From contig CAYTCJ010000001.1 in NCBI GenBank assembly GCA_964436545.1, forward strand, positions 142,392 through 206,391: DNA of 64,000 nucleotides. The letters are read 5' to 3'. The stretch's first letter is position 1; every line of letters starts with the position of its first letter. Under the pieces are notes generated by a model. It had not been told where the DNA came from, made no database searches, and saw only the letters and a list, made by a program, of their open reading frames with translations. Of the stretch, positions 26,862 through 36,340 are shown piece by piece. Source of the stretch: an uncultured Candidatus Saccharibacteria bacterium. GTDB taxonomy: Bacteria; Patescibacteriota; Doudnabacteria; UBA920. Position numbers and translations under genes: made by a program.

Positions 26862-29800
26862 ATGCAAAGATTTAAATCACTTATAACTTTAAAGGTCTCA
26901 GTTTTAACCTTTGTGGGCCTGTTCCTCTTAGTTGGAACGGTTTTGGCTTTGGCGCCCAGACAAATTACCACTACCAAAGCTGAAAATTGTTACAATGCCC
27001 CGGAAGTTGCCACTTTAAACCCATTTCCAGTGTCTTGGAATGGGGTTACTGGCAGTGATTGTACTGATGCACCGGTGATTGCGATTAGAAATGCCAATGG
27101 GGGCAGTTATGCGCAAAGTGCCAGCGCCCAAGTGGGTGAAGAGTTAAGAGTCAGAATTTATATTCACAATGGTGCTCAGCAAGGTTTAGATACCAACTTA
27201 ACTACCTCTTTAGGGGTAAACGGGGGTATGTATATTAATGGAAATAACATTTCCATGACAGCGACAGCCAGCCGAGGTGATGGTAATGGCGGATATATCC
27301 CGACTAATTCTGTGAATGGTTCTGTGAATGTCGATTTGCCCAGCGGGGCTACTTTGGAAATGATTCCGGGAAGCGAGGAATTTTATGACTATCAGGCTAA
27401 CCGAATCTATTCCGGTTCCGCCGGTTTTTACGGACAGAGCGGAGTTTTTGACATGCAAAATATGGAAGCTTGTTTTGAGTTTTCTAAATTCTTTGTTTTT
27501 AGAGTTAAAGTGATTGGTGAAACCGGCGGGGGTATAAACCCTCCTGCAAATCCCGGCTCTGGTTGGTTAACTGCCAGTTTAGCCGGCACGGTGCCCAACC
27601 AATGCTTGTATAAAGCTAGAGTGCAATGGGATACGGAAAATATGTCCCAAGTGTTGGTGACTGTTTCCAATCCGGAGCAAAATTCCGACAATTATTATGG
27701 TAACGACGTAGTCTTTTCCTATTCGCCAAACAGTGACGAAACTGTTAATTGGATAAATCCTAATGATGGTTATAGGTTTACCCTGTGGGAAGTAAATCCT
27801 GCCAGCGGTGGTCAAAACATGAATGTGGCGGGACAAAATTTATTGGTTAAACACATTGCCGAGCAATGGGTAAGTGGTGGTGATGATAATTTTTGCCACA
27901 CTCCGGTAGCTGATTTAGTATGTTCTCCGGGCAGTCAAAATGCCATGGGGAATGACATTGTTTTATTTAATGCCCAAGGCGGGGATGAAACTTCCGAGTA
28001 TGTTTGGTCAGCCCCGGGTGGTTTTAACCAGCAAAGTAATGGGAAAAATTTTCATGTCACTTATCCGGCTCAGGCCAGTGGAAGTTTTACGGTCACAGTT
28101 TCCAATGCCGGACAGACGGCTGAATGTGTTGTGCATGTAAGTCCCAGAGAACAACAAAATACTAATTATGAATTACACGTTTATAATCAAAACGGTCAAT
28201 TAAAGGACAACGGAGAGTTTTGTGTGGGCGATACCCCACAATATAAAATTACCGGTAATGCTACCATTGCTGGGAGTAAAATTTTGTGGAGTTCTAGAAA
28301 AAATAACGTGCAAACCGGTGAATTTGATGCAGACTATGGTTTTACGTTAAATGCTCAAGGTAATTGGAGCGAATGGGGTTCCACTTGGAATAGTAGTCAT
28401 ATTGGTGATTGGGAAAAACAATCTAATGTTAACTATGTTTTAAAAACTGTAAGTTTTAGAGTGAAGGATTGTTCTAATACTCCTCCGCCTCCAGTGGCAG
28501 TTTGTCCAAGTCAAAATCTTTCTGGATACCCCACAACCATTAAAATTGGGGAATATGCAACTGTTTTAGCTCCAGCTGGTTGGAATGGCGGTACTTTAGT
28601 ATCTTCTAACCCAAATGTGGCTCCAGTTTTTGGTGGAAATAGTGTGGTTGGTAGAGCTCAAGGTAGTACTAATGTTTCTGGTACTGGCTTTACCGCACCA
28701 AACGGCGCCACCAATTGTGCTTTAGGTGCAGTAAATATTACTGTTACCCAAACTCAAACTCCTCCACCTTCAGCCGTGTGTCCAACTGGACAAAGTGTTT
28801 CTGTTTCTCCTGCCTCAATTAAAGTAGATGAGTATGCTACAGCTTATGCGCCTAGTGGCTGGTATGGTGGATCTTTTAGTTCATCTAATTCCAATGTTGC
28901 CTCAATTTCCGGTAGTAGCATAAGAGGTAATGCTCAAGGTACTGTATCAATCTCCGGTTCCGGGTTTACTGCTTCTAACGGCGCCACCAATTGTGCTTTA
29001 GGTGCGGTGAATGTTTCCGTGACCCAAACGCAAACTCCGCCTCCGGCAGTGTGTCCGAGCGGGTATAGTTTAAGCGTTTCCCCAACTTCCTTTAAAGTAG
29101 GCGAATACGGTTATATTACCGTGCCCAGCGGATGGTATGGTGGAAATTTTACTTCTTCAAATACTTCAGTAGCTAATATATCCGGTATGTCGGTTTATGG
29201 TTACGGTGCCGGTACAGCCTCTATTTCCGGCTCAGGCTGGACTGCTTCTAACGGCGCTACCAATTGTGCTTTAGGTGCGGTGAATGTTTCCGTGACCCAA
29301 ACTCCGCCTCCGGCTGTTTGTCCAACCGGCGCTTATGTCTCTGTTTCTCCCGCTTCCGTAAAAGTAGGTGAATATGCTACAGCTTATGCGCCTAGTGGCT
29401 GGAGTAATGGGAGTTTTAGTTCTTCAAATTCTTCTGTGGCTTCTGTTTCCGGCAATAGCATAAGAGGTAATGCTCAAGGTGCTGTATCAATTTCCGGTTC
29501 CGGGTTTACTGCTCCTAACGGCGCTGTTAACTGTGCCTTAATCGGAGCGAGTTTAAATGTGACCATTCAGCCTCCTCCTCCGGCAGAATGTCCAAGTAAT
29601 GCCAGCGTGAGAGTGACTCCGGCTAATATTTATGTAAATGATTTTGCCACTGTTTCCGCTCCGGCTGGTTTTAGTAACGGAAGTTTTGTTTCTTCCAATC
29701 CTTCAGTAGCCAGTTTGGTAGATGGTGCCAGAGGTAATTCAATCAAAGGTTTATCGGCCGGTACGGCTTATGTGTCCGGAACTAACTGGACTGCGCCTAA

Positions 29801-32411
29801 CGGGGCTGTTAATTGCAGTTTAAGCAGTGATTCAATTACAGTAAGTAATCGACCAATTCAGCCTCCGGCAGAAGTTACCGCCAGTGCCACCGCTACCGCC
29901 AGTGCCACCGCTTATGCCAGCTGTCCAGATGGCACCAGAGCCAGCGCCAGCGCTTCGGCCAGTGCCACTGCCACCGCGACCGCGAGCACCAGAGGTGAAG
30001 CGGAAAAGTTAGCTTACGAAAGGGCCTATGCTCAAGCTGAAGCTATGGCCTATGCCCAAGCTGAAGCCAAGGTAGTTTGTAAAGAATTACCCCCACCGCC
30101 TCCAGCTCAATTAACCTGTTCCCCAATTCAACAAACCGCGGATGTTAACCAGACTGTGAATTTTTCCGCTAATGGCGGAAATGGGACTTACACTTGGACC
30201 GCCAACGGCGCCGTAATTACCAGCGGTAACGGCAGTCAATTTAGCACTCGTTATACTCAAGGCGGCAGTAAAGTGGTAAGTGTAAGTAGCGGAAATCAAA
30301 CGCAAAATTGTTATGTGCAAGTTAATCAAGTTCAAACAGAAGCGTTAACTTGTACCACTTTAACTCCGGAAGTGGAAATTAACCAAACTGCCAATTTTAG
30401 GGCTACCGGCGGGGCGACCTCGGCTTACGCTTGGCAAGCTTTGGGAGCTAATCCGGCCAGTGGCAACGGACGTGATTTTAGCACTAAATTCAGTTCCGCG
30501 GGTTATAAAACCGTCTTTGTGCAAAATGGTTCTGCTACCGAAAGCTGTTCGGTGAGAGTTAAAGAACCTGTCCAGTCCAATGCGGAAATGGAATTGGTAA
30601 AGACCGTTCGAAATCTTACCGACAATACCGACTTTAGTCATAACGTAAGCGCTAAACAAAACGATAAAGTAGAATACAAAATTTTTGTGAGAGCTTTAAC
30701 CGCTACTGCTTTGCGCAATGTTAGAGTTACCGACGAAATGCCTTTCGGTTTAATTTACGAAGCCGGTAGTTTAAAAGTGGACGGTCAAAGCTCCAATCCG
30801 GGCTTGACGAGTGGTGGTTTAGTGTTTGATACGGTTAATCAAAATGGGATTACCATTACTTACCGAGCGACGGTAAATGTGAATAGTGGCACCCTTACCA
30901 ATTTGGCCCGAGCTACGGCCGATAATGCCCAAAGTAAATTAGATCGAGCCAATATTACTGTAGTGCCGGTTGTTCAAGGTCAACCAACTTTAAGCATAAC
31001 TAAAGAAGTTAGAAACTTAGGACCTTCTCAGACTACTAACTTTACTTCTTCGGTAAATGCCAAAAAGTCCGATACCGTTCAATATCGCATTACGGTTAGA
31101 AATGTGGGCAATGCCACAGCTAACAATGTGGTCTTAAGCGACTCCAGCATTATTATCAATTCCATTACCGGTTTGTCTGTTTCCAAAACTTATTCCGGCA
31201 CCTTGTCAAACGGTTTGAATTTAGGCAGTTTGGCTCAAGGTGAAAATGTCATTATCACTTACAATGCCAATGTGTCCATTGAGCAGGGTGAAATTAGAAA
31301 TACCGCTACGGTCTCGGCTTCTAATGCTTCTACCGAAAGAGCCATTGCTTTAGTTAATGTGATCAAAGACAATGAACCACCGGTCAATCCGCCGGGCGGA
31401 GGGAGTACTAATATTATCAACACTTGTGTAAACAATTCCTGCAACAACACGAATATTGTTTACATCAACCAAACCGGAGGCACTGTGCCGGCAAATGACT
31501 TTAGACAACTTTCTATTTCAAAGTTAGTCAGAAGTATTAATGGTGGAGCGTTCCAAGACAGTGTAAGCGTTAACAATAACGATACCGTGGAATTCGAAGT
31601 CATTGTAAGAAATACAGGGAATCAGGTAGTTAATAATGTCATCTTAAACGATACCTTTAGCTCTAATTTGTATTTGGTTTCCGGTACGGTGAGAGTAGAT
31701 GGTAATTATTGGGGTGATAATATTAACTCAATTAATTTAGGTAGTATTTTAAGCGGTCAGCAAAAACGGGTGGTGTTCCAAGCTAGAGTTAATGGTGCTT
31801 CCGGTCAAACCGTACAAAATATTGCCAGAGTTTACGGCGATAATGCCAATCAAGTGCAGGATGACGCTTGGGTGTTTGTGCAAGGTGGTCAAGTGCAAGG
31901 GGGTAATGTAAATTTGGTTTATAGCAAAAAAGCAGTAAACGAAACCAAGAATACCGAGGCTACCGCTGTTGTAGCCAGTAAAGAAGATTATATTACCTAT
32001 ACCTTAACCGTAACCAACTCCGGTAATGTACCGGCTAACAGTTTTGTGATCACCGATGACTTAAGCCAAGTTTTACCTTATGCCGATATGGTAGATAACG
32101 GCGGTGGATCTTTATCCGGAAATATTTTGTCTTACCCCGGCATTACCATCCCAGCGGGGGGCAGTGTAAGTAAGAGCTTTAAAGTCAGAGTCAAATTTGC
32201 TTTAGCAGCTAACTTGTCTTACACCATGACTAACACTTATGGCAATACCGTAAGTATCCGCATTAATACCCCGCAAGTTTTAGGTGCTTTTGTGGCTCCG
32301 AAAACCGGTGGGCCTTCCGCTCAAATGGCTTCTATCTTTGGTACCTTAATGGTTGCCGGTATGGTAGTAGTGAGAAATAGAAAAAAAGTTTTGGAACTTA
32401 TCTGGAGTTAA
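26862..32411 (+). CDS. Giant cell-surface protein (1849 aa): signal peptide, ~6 tandem Ig-like (Big_2-like) repeats, Ala/Thr/Ser low-complexity linker, DUF11-like conserved repeat domains, C-terminal sortase sorting signal
   Basis: DNA tandem repeats of ~270 bp across 28480-29860; C-terminus APKTGG followed by a hydrophobic helix and RNRKK. Confidence 0.85.
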   Translation: MQRFKSLITLKVSVLTFVGLFLLVGTVLALAPRQITTTKAENCYNAPEVATLNPFPVSWNGVTGSDCTDAPVIAIRNANGGSYAQSASAQVGEELRVRIYIHNGAQQGLDTNLTTSLGVNGGMYINGNNISMTATASRGDGNGGYIPTNSVNGSVNVDLPSGATLEMIPGSEEFYDYQANRIYSGSAGFYGQSGVFDMQNMEACFEFSKFFVFRVKVIGETGGGINPPANPGSGWLTASLAGTVPNQCLYKARVQWDTENMSQVLVTVSNPEQNSDNYYGNDVVFSYSPNSDETVNWINPNDGYRFTLWEVNPASGGQNMNVAGQNLLVKHIAEQWVSGGDDNFCHTPVADLVCSPGSQNAMGNDIVLFNAQGGDETSEYVWSAPGGFNQQSNGKNFHVTYPAQASGSFTVTVSNAGQTAECVVHVSPREQQNTNYELHVYNQNGQLKDNGEFCVGDTPQYKITGNATIAGSKILWSSRKNNVQTGEFDADYGFTLNAQGNWSEWGSTWNSSHIGDWEKQSNVNYVLKTVSFRVKDCSNTPPPPVAVCPSQNLSGYPTTIKIGEYATVLAPAGWNGGTLVSSNPNVAPVFGGNSVVGRAQGSTNVSGTGFTAPNGATNCALGAVNITVTQTQTPPPSAVCPTGQSVSVSPASIKVDEYATAYAPSGWYGGSFSSSNSNVASISGSSIRGNAQGTVSISGSGFTASNGATNCALGAVNVSVTQTQTPPPAVCPSGYSLSVSPTSFKVGEYGYITVPSGWYGGNFTSSNTSVANISGMSVYGYGAGTASISGSGWTASNGATNCALGAVNVSVTQTPPPAVCPTGAYVSVSPASVKVGEYATAYAPSGWSNGSFSSSNSSVASVSGNSIRGNAQGAVSISGSGFTAPNGAVNCALIGASLNVTIQPPPPAECPSNASVRVTPANIYVNDFATVSAPAGFSNGSFVSSNPSVASLVDGARGNSIKGLSAGTAYVSGTNWTAPNGAVNCSLSSDSITVSNRPIQPPAEVTASATATASATAYASCPDGTRASASASASATATATASTRGEAEKLAYERAYAQAEAMAYAQAEAKVVCKELPPPPPAQLTCSPIQQTADVNQTVNFSANGGNGTYTWTANGAVITSGNGSQFSTRYTQGGSKVVSVSSGNQTQNCYVQVNQVQTEALTCTTLTPEVEINQTANFRATGGATSAYAWQALGANPASGNGRDFSTKFSSAGYKTVFVQNGSATESCSVRVKEPVQSNAEMELVKTVRNLTDNTDFSHNVSAKQNDKVEYKIFVRALTATALRNVRVTDEMPFGLIYEAGSLKVDGQSSNPGLTSGGLVFDTVNQNGITITYRATVNVNSGTLTNLARATADNAQSKLDRANITVVPVVQGQPTLSITKEVRNLGPSQTTNFTSSVNAKKSDTVQYRITVRNVGNATANNVVLSDSSIIINSITGLSVSKTYSGTLSNGLNLGSLAQGENVIITYNANVSIEQGEIRNTATVSASNASTERAIALVNVIKDNEPPVNPPGGGSTNIINTCVNNSCNNTNIVYINQTGGTVPANDFRQLSISKLVRSINGGAFQDSVSVNNNDTVEFEVIVRNTGNQVVNNVILNDTFSSNLYLVSGTVRVDGNYWGDNINSINLGSILSGQQKRVVFQARVNGASGQTVQNIARVYGDNANQVQDDAWVFVQGGQVQGGNVNLVYSKKAVNETKNTEATAVVASKEDYITYTLTVTNSGNVPANSFVITDDLSQVLPYADMVDNGGGSLSGNILSYPGITIPAGGSVSKSFKVRVKFALAANLSYTMTNTYGNTVSIRINTPQVLGAFVAPKTGGPSAQMASIFGTLMVAGMVVVRNRKKVLELIWS

Positions 32412-32480
32412 ATATACGGATATTAATCTACTGATACTACAGATGCCTACAGATAAAGACTGTAGATAAAATAAAAATAA

Positions 32481-32512
32481 CAGCGGGGGCTTTACAGCCC
32501 CCGCTTTAAAAA
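32481..32512 (+). terminator. Rho-independent terminator AGCGGGGGC-TTTA-CAGCCCCCGCT followed by T/A runs
   Basis: Seen directly. Confidence 0.7.
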
Positions 32513-32549
32513 TTAAAAGTTAAGGATAATATCTTTTTAAGATAAATAT

Positions 32550-32990
32550 TTATAATATTTTATTTGTGCCCCCGCTTTGATTAGTTTTTTGTGAGTTTAA
32601 GGCTTCGGCAAGTGGTCTTTCCAGAATAATTTCTTTATTTTTTAACTTAAATCCGACAAGAATACCAGGGATGAGAAAAGTAAGTAGAGTTATTGCTTTG
32701 ATTGGATTTTTTGAAATTATATTCAAGAAATCATGTAAATAAAAATTTTTAAAAGAAGTATTACCGATAAGCATAAGTCCAAAAAATGAAATCAGAAATG
32801 TTGAGCCGATAGAAGTTAGTCTTGCTCTTATTCCTCTAAGGTAATATGGATTAACGTGTTCACTCTTTATAATATTAAAATTTTTTTGGTTATGATATCG
32901 ACCTAATATTGACATTTCACCAGTTATTAACCCATGACTAAAGTAGCCAATCGCAACTCCAAATATTAAACACAATAAATATCCCAACAT
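32550..32990 (-). CDS. Hypothetical membrane protein (146 aa)
   Basis: Hydrophobic ORF. Confidence 0.4.
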   Translation of the reverse strand: MLGYLLCLIFGVAIGYFSHGLITGEMSILGRYHNQKNFNIIKSEHVNPYYLRGIRARLTSIGSTFLISFFGLMLIGNTSFKNFYLHDFLNIISKNPIKAITLLTFLIPGILVGFKLKNKEIILERPLAEALNSQKTNQSGGTNKIL

Positions 32991-33269
32991 GTTTGTATTA
33001 ATTTAATGTTTATTAAATACATTATACCAAGATTTTTTAATTATTAGTAGCTCTAAAAAAGGGTGAGTTAAACTACCATTATTCCTCTTGCCTAAGTTTT
33101 ATTTTTGGATTATTATAATTACAAACGAATACACATACCAAAACACAGCCAAAAATTGTTAGAGAAATGAGGCTGTTTTATTTTATCACCGATCACAGAT
33201 AGCACAGATACAGGATTTTAAAACAAAAATTAGTGAATTAGTGTTATCGGTGATCTGTGGACAATATTT

Positions 33270-34490
33270 ATGGATCAAACTTATTTAAAAGAATTAATTG
33301 AAGAAGTCAATAAACGCCAAGGCGGGGTGATTTTGAATTTGGATAATTCGCCTTCGGCCGTGGTTTTGTCCATTGAAAAATATAATCAGTTAATCAGCAA
33401 TCAGCAATCAGCGAATCAGCAATCAGCAATCAGCGAATCAGCAATCAGTAGTTCCTCCTTCGCTTCCAACTTCGCTGATGCTTCGTTGGACAAGAAAGCT
33501 ATGGAGGATAAACAGCAGTCAGCGAATCAAACCATTTTGGTTACCGGCGGGGCAGGGTATATTGGCGCGCATTTGGTTAAACAACTTTTGCATGCCGGGT
33601 ATAAGGTTGTGGTGGTGGATAATTTATCTACCGGTAAAAGAGAAAACGTTCCCAGCCAAGCAATTTTCTTAGAAGGCGATTTAGCCGATGTAAATTTTTT
33701 GCGTGATGTGTTTTCCGCGCATAACATTTCCACAGTTGTGCATTTGTCCGCATCGATTGAAGTGGAAGAATCGGTAAAAGAACCGGTAAAATATTTTGAA
33801 AACAATGTTTTAAATTCCGCTAAACTGCTTTTGGTTATGGATGAGTTTAATGTGCGAAAGTTAATTTTTTCTTCCACCGCAGCCGTGTATGGAGAACAAA
33901 AACAACAACCCATTTCCGAAACTGCCCTCCCAAAGCCCAATAATCCTTATGGACACAGTAAACTGTTAGCCGAGCAAGTGATTGAATATTACTGCACTCA
34001 TAAGCAATTTACCGCAGTGGTGTTTAGATATTTTAATGCTTGTGGGGCGGATTTTGAAGGCAATATAAAAGCTACGCACGAATCGCATTTGCTCGCCAAA
34101 GTTATGCAAGTGGCGCACGGCCATGTTGCGCAAATTGTGGTGAATGGGGCCGATTACCACACCCCGGACGGCACTTGTGTCCGGGATTATGTGCACGTGT
34201 TGGATATTGTCGGTGCCCATATTTTAGCGTTAAATAAATTCGGAGAGTTAAAAGGTTTTGAGGTTTTTAATATTGGCACTGGCCAAGGAGTAAGCGTTTT
34301 GGAAATTATTAATGCCACAGCGGAATATTTAAATAAAATGATTCCTATGCAAATGGGGGAAAGGCGAGCGGGCGATGCGGAAGAAACCGTGGCTGATGCG
34401 GAAAAAATTAAACAGTATTTGGGTTTTAAACCCATGTTTAGCGATTTGGAAACCATAGTCAAAACAGCTTATAAACAATCGGCGAATTAA
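33270..34490 (+). CDS. galE: UDP-glucose 4-epimerase fused at its N-terminus to a ~50-aa Phd/YefM-like domain through a 7-bp-microsatellite-encoded Q/S-rich linker; the GalE core probably starts at M 33500
   Basis: ILVTGGAGYIGAHL and YGHSK in the GalE core; N-terminal MDQTYLKELIEEVNKRQGGVILNLDNSPSAVVLSIEKYNQL; (AATCAGC)n at 33402-33450. Confidence 0.85.
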   Translation: MDQTYLKELIEEVNKRQGGVILNLDNSPSAVVLSIEKYNQLISNQQSANQQSAISESAISSSSFASNFADASLDKKAMEDKQQSANQTILVTGGAGYIGAHLVKQLLHAGYKVVVVDNLSTGKRENVPSQAIFLEGDLADVNFLRDVFSAHNISTVVHLSASIEVEESVKEPVKYFENNVLNSAKLLLVMDEFNVRKLIFSSTAAVYGEQKQQPISETALPKPNNPYGHSKLLAEQVIEYYCTHKQFTAVVFRYFNACGADFEGNIKATHESHLLAKVMQVAHGHVAQIVVNGADYHTPDGTCVRDYVHVLDIVGAHILALNKFGELKGFEVFNIGTGQGVSVLEIINATAEYLNKMIPMQMGERRAGDAEETVADAEKIKQYLGFKPMFSDLETIVKTAYKQSAN

Positions 34491-34528
34491 TTTTAGCTAA
34501 AATTTTAAAAATCAAAAAATTATTTTTT

Positions 34529-34558
34529 TTGCTTCATTGACGGCCGTCAATGAAGCAA
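34529..34558. other. Hairpin TTGCTTCATTGACGG/CCGTCAATGAAGCAA preceded by T8
   Basis: Perfect 15-bp palindrome; not a canonical terminator on either strand. Confidence 0.4.
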
Positions 34559-34589
34559 AGAACTATTTTAAGAAAAAAATTAATATAAA

Positions 34590-35285
34590 AATGTTAAAGC
34601 CCGAACGAGTCCTCCTAGGTTCGTTCGGGCTTTTGGGTTTGTGGGAGGTATTTCAACCCCCCGTTATAATACAACCACCTCGAACGAGAATCGTTCGGGG
34701 GGCAAATCGTGGTGCGGGGGCGGGGACATCGTCTCCCACGACCGAAAGGCCGTGGCAGACAGTGTCTGCCCCATAAAAAACAAAAAGTTGTCGGAGACGC
34801 AATTTAGTGGAAGGGGTTGCCGGAATGCCAGCCGGAGGCCTACGGCCTCCAAAAGTTCAGCCTCGGGCCGAACTCCTTTGTCCGCCAAGAGGCGAACAAA
34901 GCTAGATCTGCCCGCGTGGGGCCATATATCCGGCGCGAGGCAGGGCTTAAGCACCGGCGTGCGTGCAAATACCTCCTCGCAGTTTACCATCCACGTTTGG
35001 ATGGCGTTGCCCCAATGCCACGCTCGCACAACCGCGAGGTGGCGCTCCACTACATTGAGCGCGAAGTCAAACTTCCGACGCTCAATTGCGCCTTCTCCTG
35101 CCACCAAGTCCAGTGGGGTGGTTGGGACGAGGTCGTCCTTTTCCACTACTTGCTGGGCGAGCGACAGGAGGTGGTCCTTGCGCGGGGGGTTTCCGCCGTT
35201 ATGGACCAATAACGGCGGAAGCTCAAACTTTTTTTCTCCGGGAAGTTCAAGAAAAACCCGGTCGCCGATTTGAGTCGGCATTTTT
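34590..35285. other. GC-rich (~60%), hairpin-dense island in an AT-rich genome; a possible 206-aa ORF on the minus strand (34664..35283) or a large structured RNA
   Basis: Abrupt composition shift; perfect palindrome GCCCGAACGA...TCGTTCGGGC at 34597-34628; CCCCCC/GGGGGG stems; both strands are open, as expected from GC richness. Confidence 0.4.
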
Positions 35286-35454
35286 TTTATACCTCCTATT
35301 TGATTTAGTACTGCAAGGTTTTGATTATATAATTTATTCCTAATACTTGGCAAATTTTTGGTTTTGAGGAATTTATGTTATAATTTTAAAACCTTTTTAA
35401 GATTTTTGCGTATCAATTAAGTGGATAGCACCTTCACCCCCACCTAGTGTTATG

Positions 35455-35584
35455 CTTTGAATTACAGAACTAAACTCTTTTGTCATTCCGGCCCCGAGCC
35501 GGAATCTATGGCTTGATAAATAAGAGAATGTTAGATCCTGAAACAAGTTCAGAATGACAGTAAAAGGACGTCTGTAATTCAAAG
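35455..35584. mobile_element. 130-bp MITE-like element with nested inverted repeats
   Basis: Outer TIR CTTTGAATTACAGA (35455-35468) / TCTGTAATTCAAAG (35571-35584); inner TGTCATTC/GAATGACA; internal hairpin ATTCCGGC-CCCGA-GCCGGAAT. Confidence 0.65.
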
Positions 35585-35617
35585 TCTTATGGATGGAGGG
35601 AGAGGGGAAAACTAAAA

Positions 35618-36340
35618 ATGAAAAAATTATCTGTAATTATTCCGGCCTATAACGAAGCGCAGAGAATAGAAAAAACTTTGCTTTCTGTGAGTGAGTTTTT
35701 AAAACAACAGACCTATGAAAGCGAGATTTTAGTCGTGAGTGATGGGAGTAAAGATGAAACAGAAGTTGTAGTTCGTCGTTTAGAGAATCAGATACCAAAT
35801 TTATCTATCATCCCCAATAAAGCCAATCACGGGAAAGGCTGGGTGGTAAAGCAAGGGATGCTAAAAGCCAGTGGGGATGTAAGAGTATTTATGGATGCGG
35901 ATAATTCCACTAAAATTGAGGAAATTAGCCAATTTATTCCGTTGTTGGAGCAAGGGTTTAGTGTGGTAATTGGTTCTCGCCGAACAGAAGGTGCCAAAAT
36001 TGCCAAACACCAAGGCTTAATTAGGGATTTTTTAGGCGGAGTTTTTCGGCTCATTGTCCATACTTTAGTGCCTTTGGGCGTAACCGATTCTCAGTGTGGT
36101 TTTAAGGCCTTTACCGCCACTTCGGCAGAAATGATTTTTCCGAAACAAAAAATTTTTCGCTGGGCCTTTGATGTGGAAATTTTAGCCATTGCCAAACAAT
36201 TAAAGTTTAAAATCAAAGAGTTGCCCATTACTTGGGTAAACGATGGTGAAAGTCATGTAAAGCTGGGCGGAATGGTGAATATGCTGTGGGAAATTGTGCA
36301 AATTAGAATTAATTTATGGCTGGGAAAATATGAAAAATAA
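35618..36340 (+). CDS. GT2-family glycosyltransferase (polyprenol-phosphate sugar synthase, DPM1-like)
   Basis: LSVIIPAYNEA; VVSDGSKD; DADNS. Confidence 0.8.
   Translation: MKKLSVIIPAYNEAQRIEKTLLSVSEFLKQQTYESEILVVSDGSKDETEVVVRRLENQIPNLSIIPNKANHGKGWVVKQGMLKASGDVRVFMDADNSTKIEEISQFIPLLEQGFSVVIGSRRTEGAKIAKHQGLIRDFLGGVFRLIVHTLVPLGVTDSQCGFKAFTATSAEMIFPKQKIFRWAFDVEILAIAKQLKFKIKELPITWVNDGESHVKLGGMVNMLWEIVQIRINLWLGKYEK

Noticed and set aside
28480-29860. ~270-bp tandem DNA repeats as a mobile element or satellite
   Set aside because: They encode in-frame Ig-like domain repeats of the surface protein.
27210-31450. Small ORFs antisense or out-of-frame within the giant surface-protein gene
   Set aside because: They are fully nested in a well-supported 1849-aa CDS and have low-complexity translations.
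33478-34462. ORFs 33478..33672(+), 33527..33940(-), 33966..34220(-) and 34187..34462(-)
   Set aside because: They are nested in galE, whose frame carries unambiguous SDR/GalE motifs.
34641-35343. Plus-strand ORFs 34641..35273, 34817..35212 and 35086..35343
   Set aside because: Long open frames are expected by chance in a 60% GC patch. The translations are R/S/T/G-rich and not protein-like.
35397-35582. 61-aa ORF across the MITE at 35455-35584
   Set aside because: It lies within a palindromic non-coding element with no coding signal.
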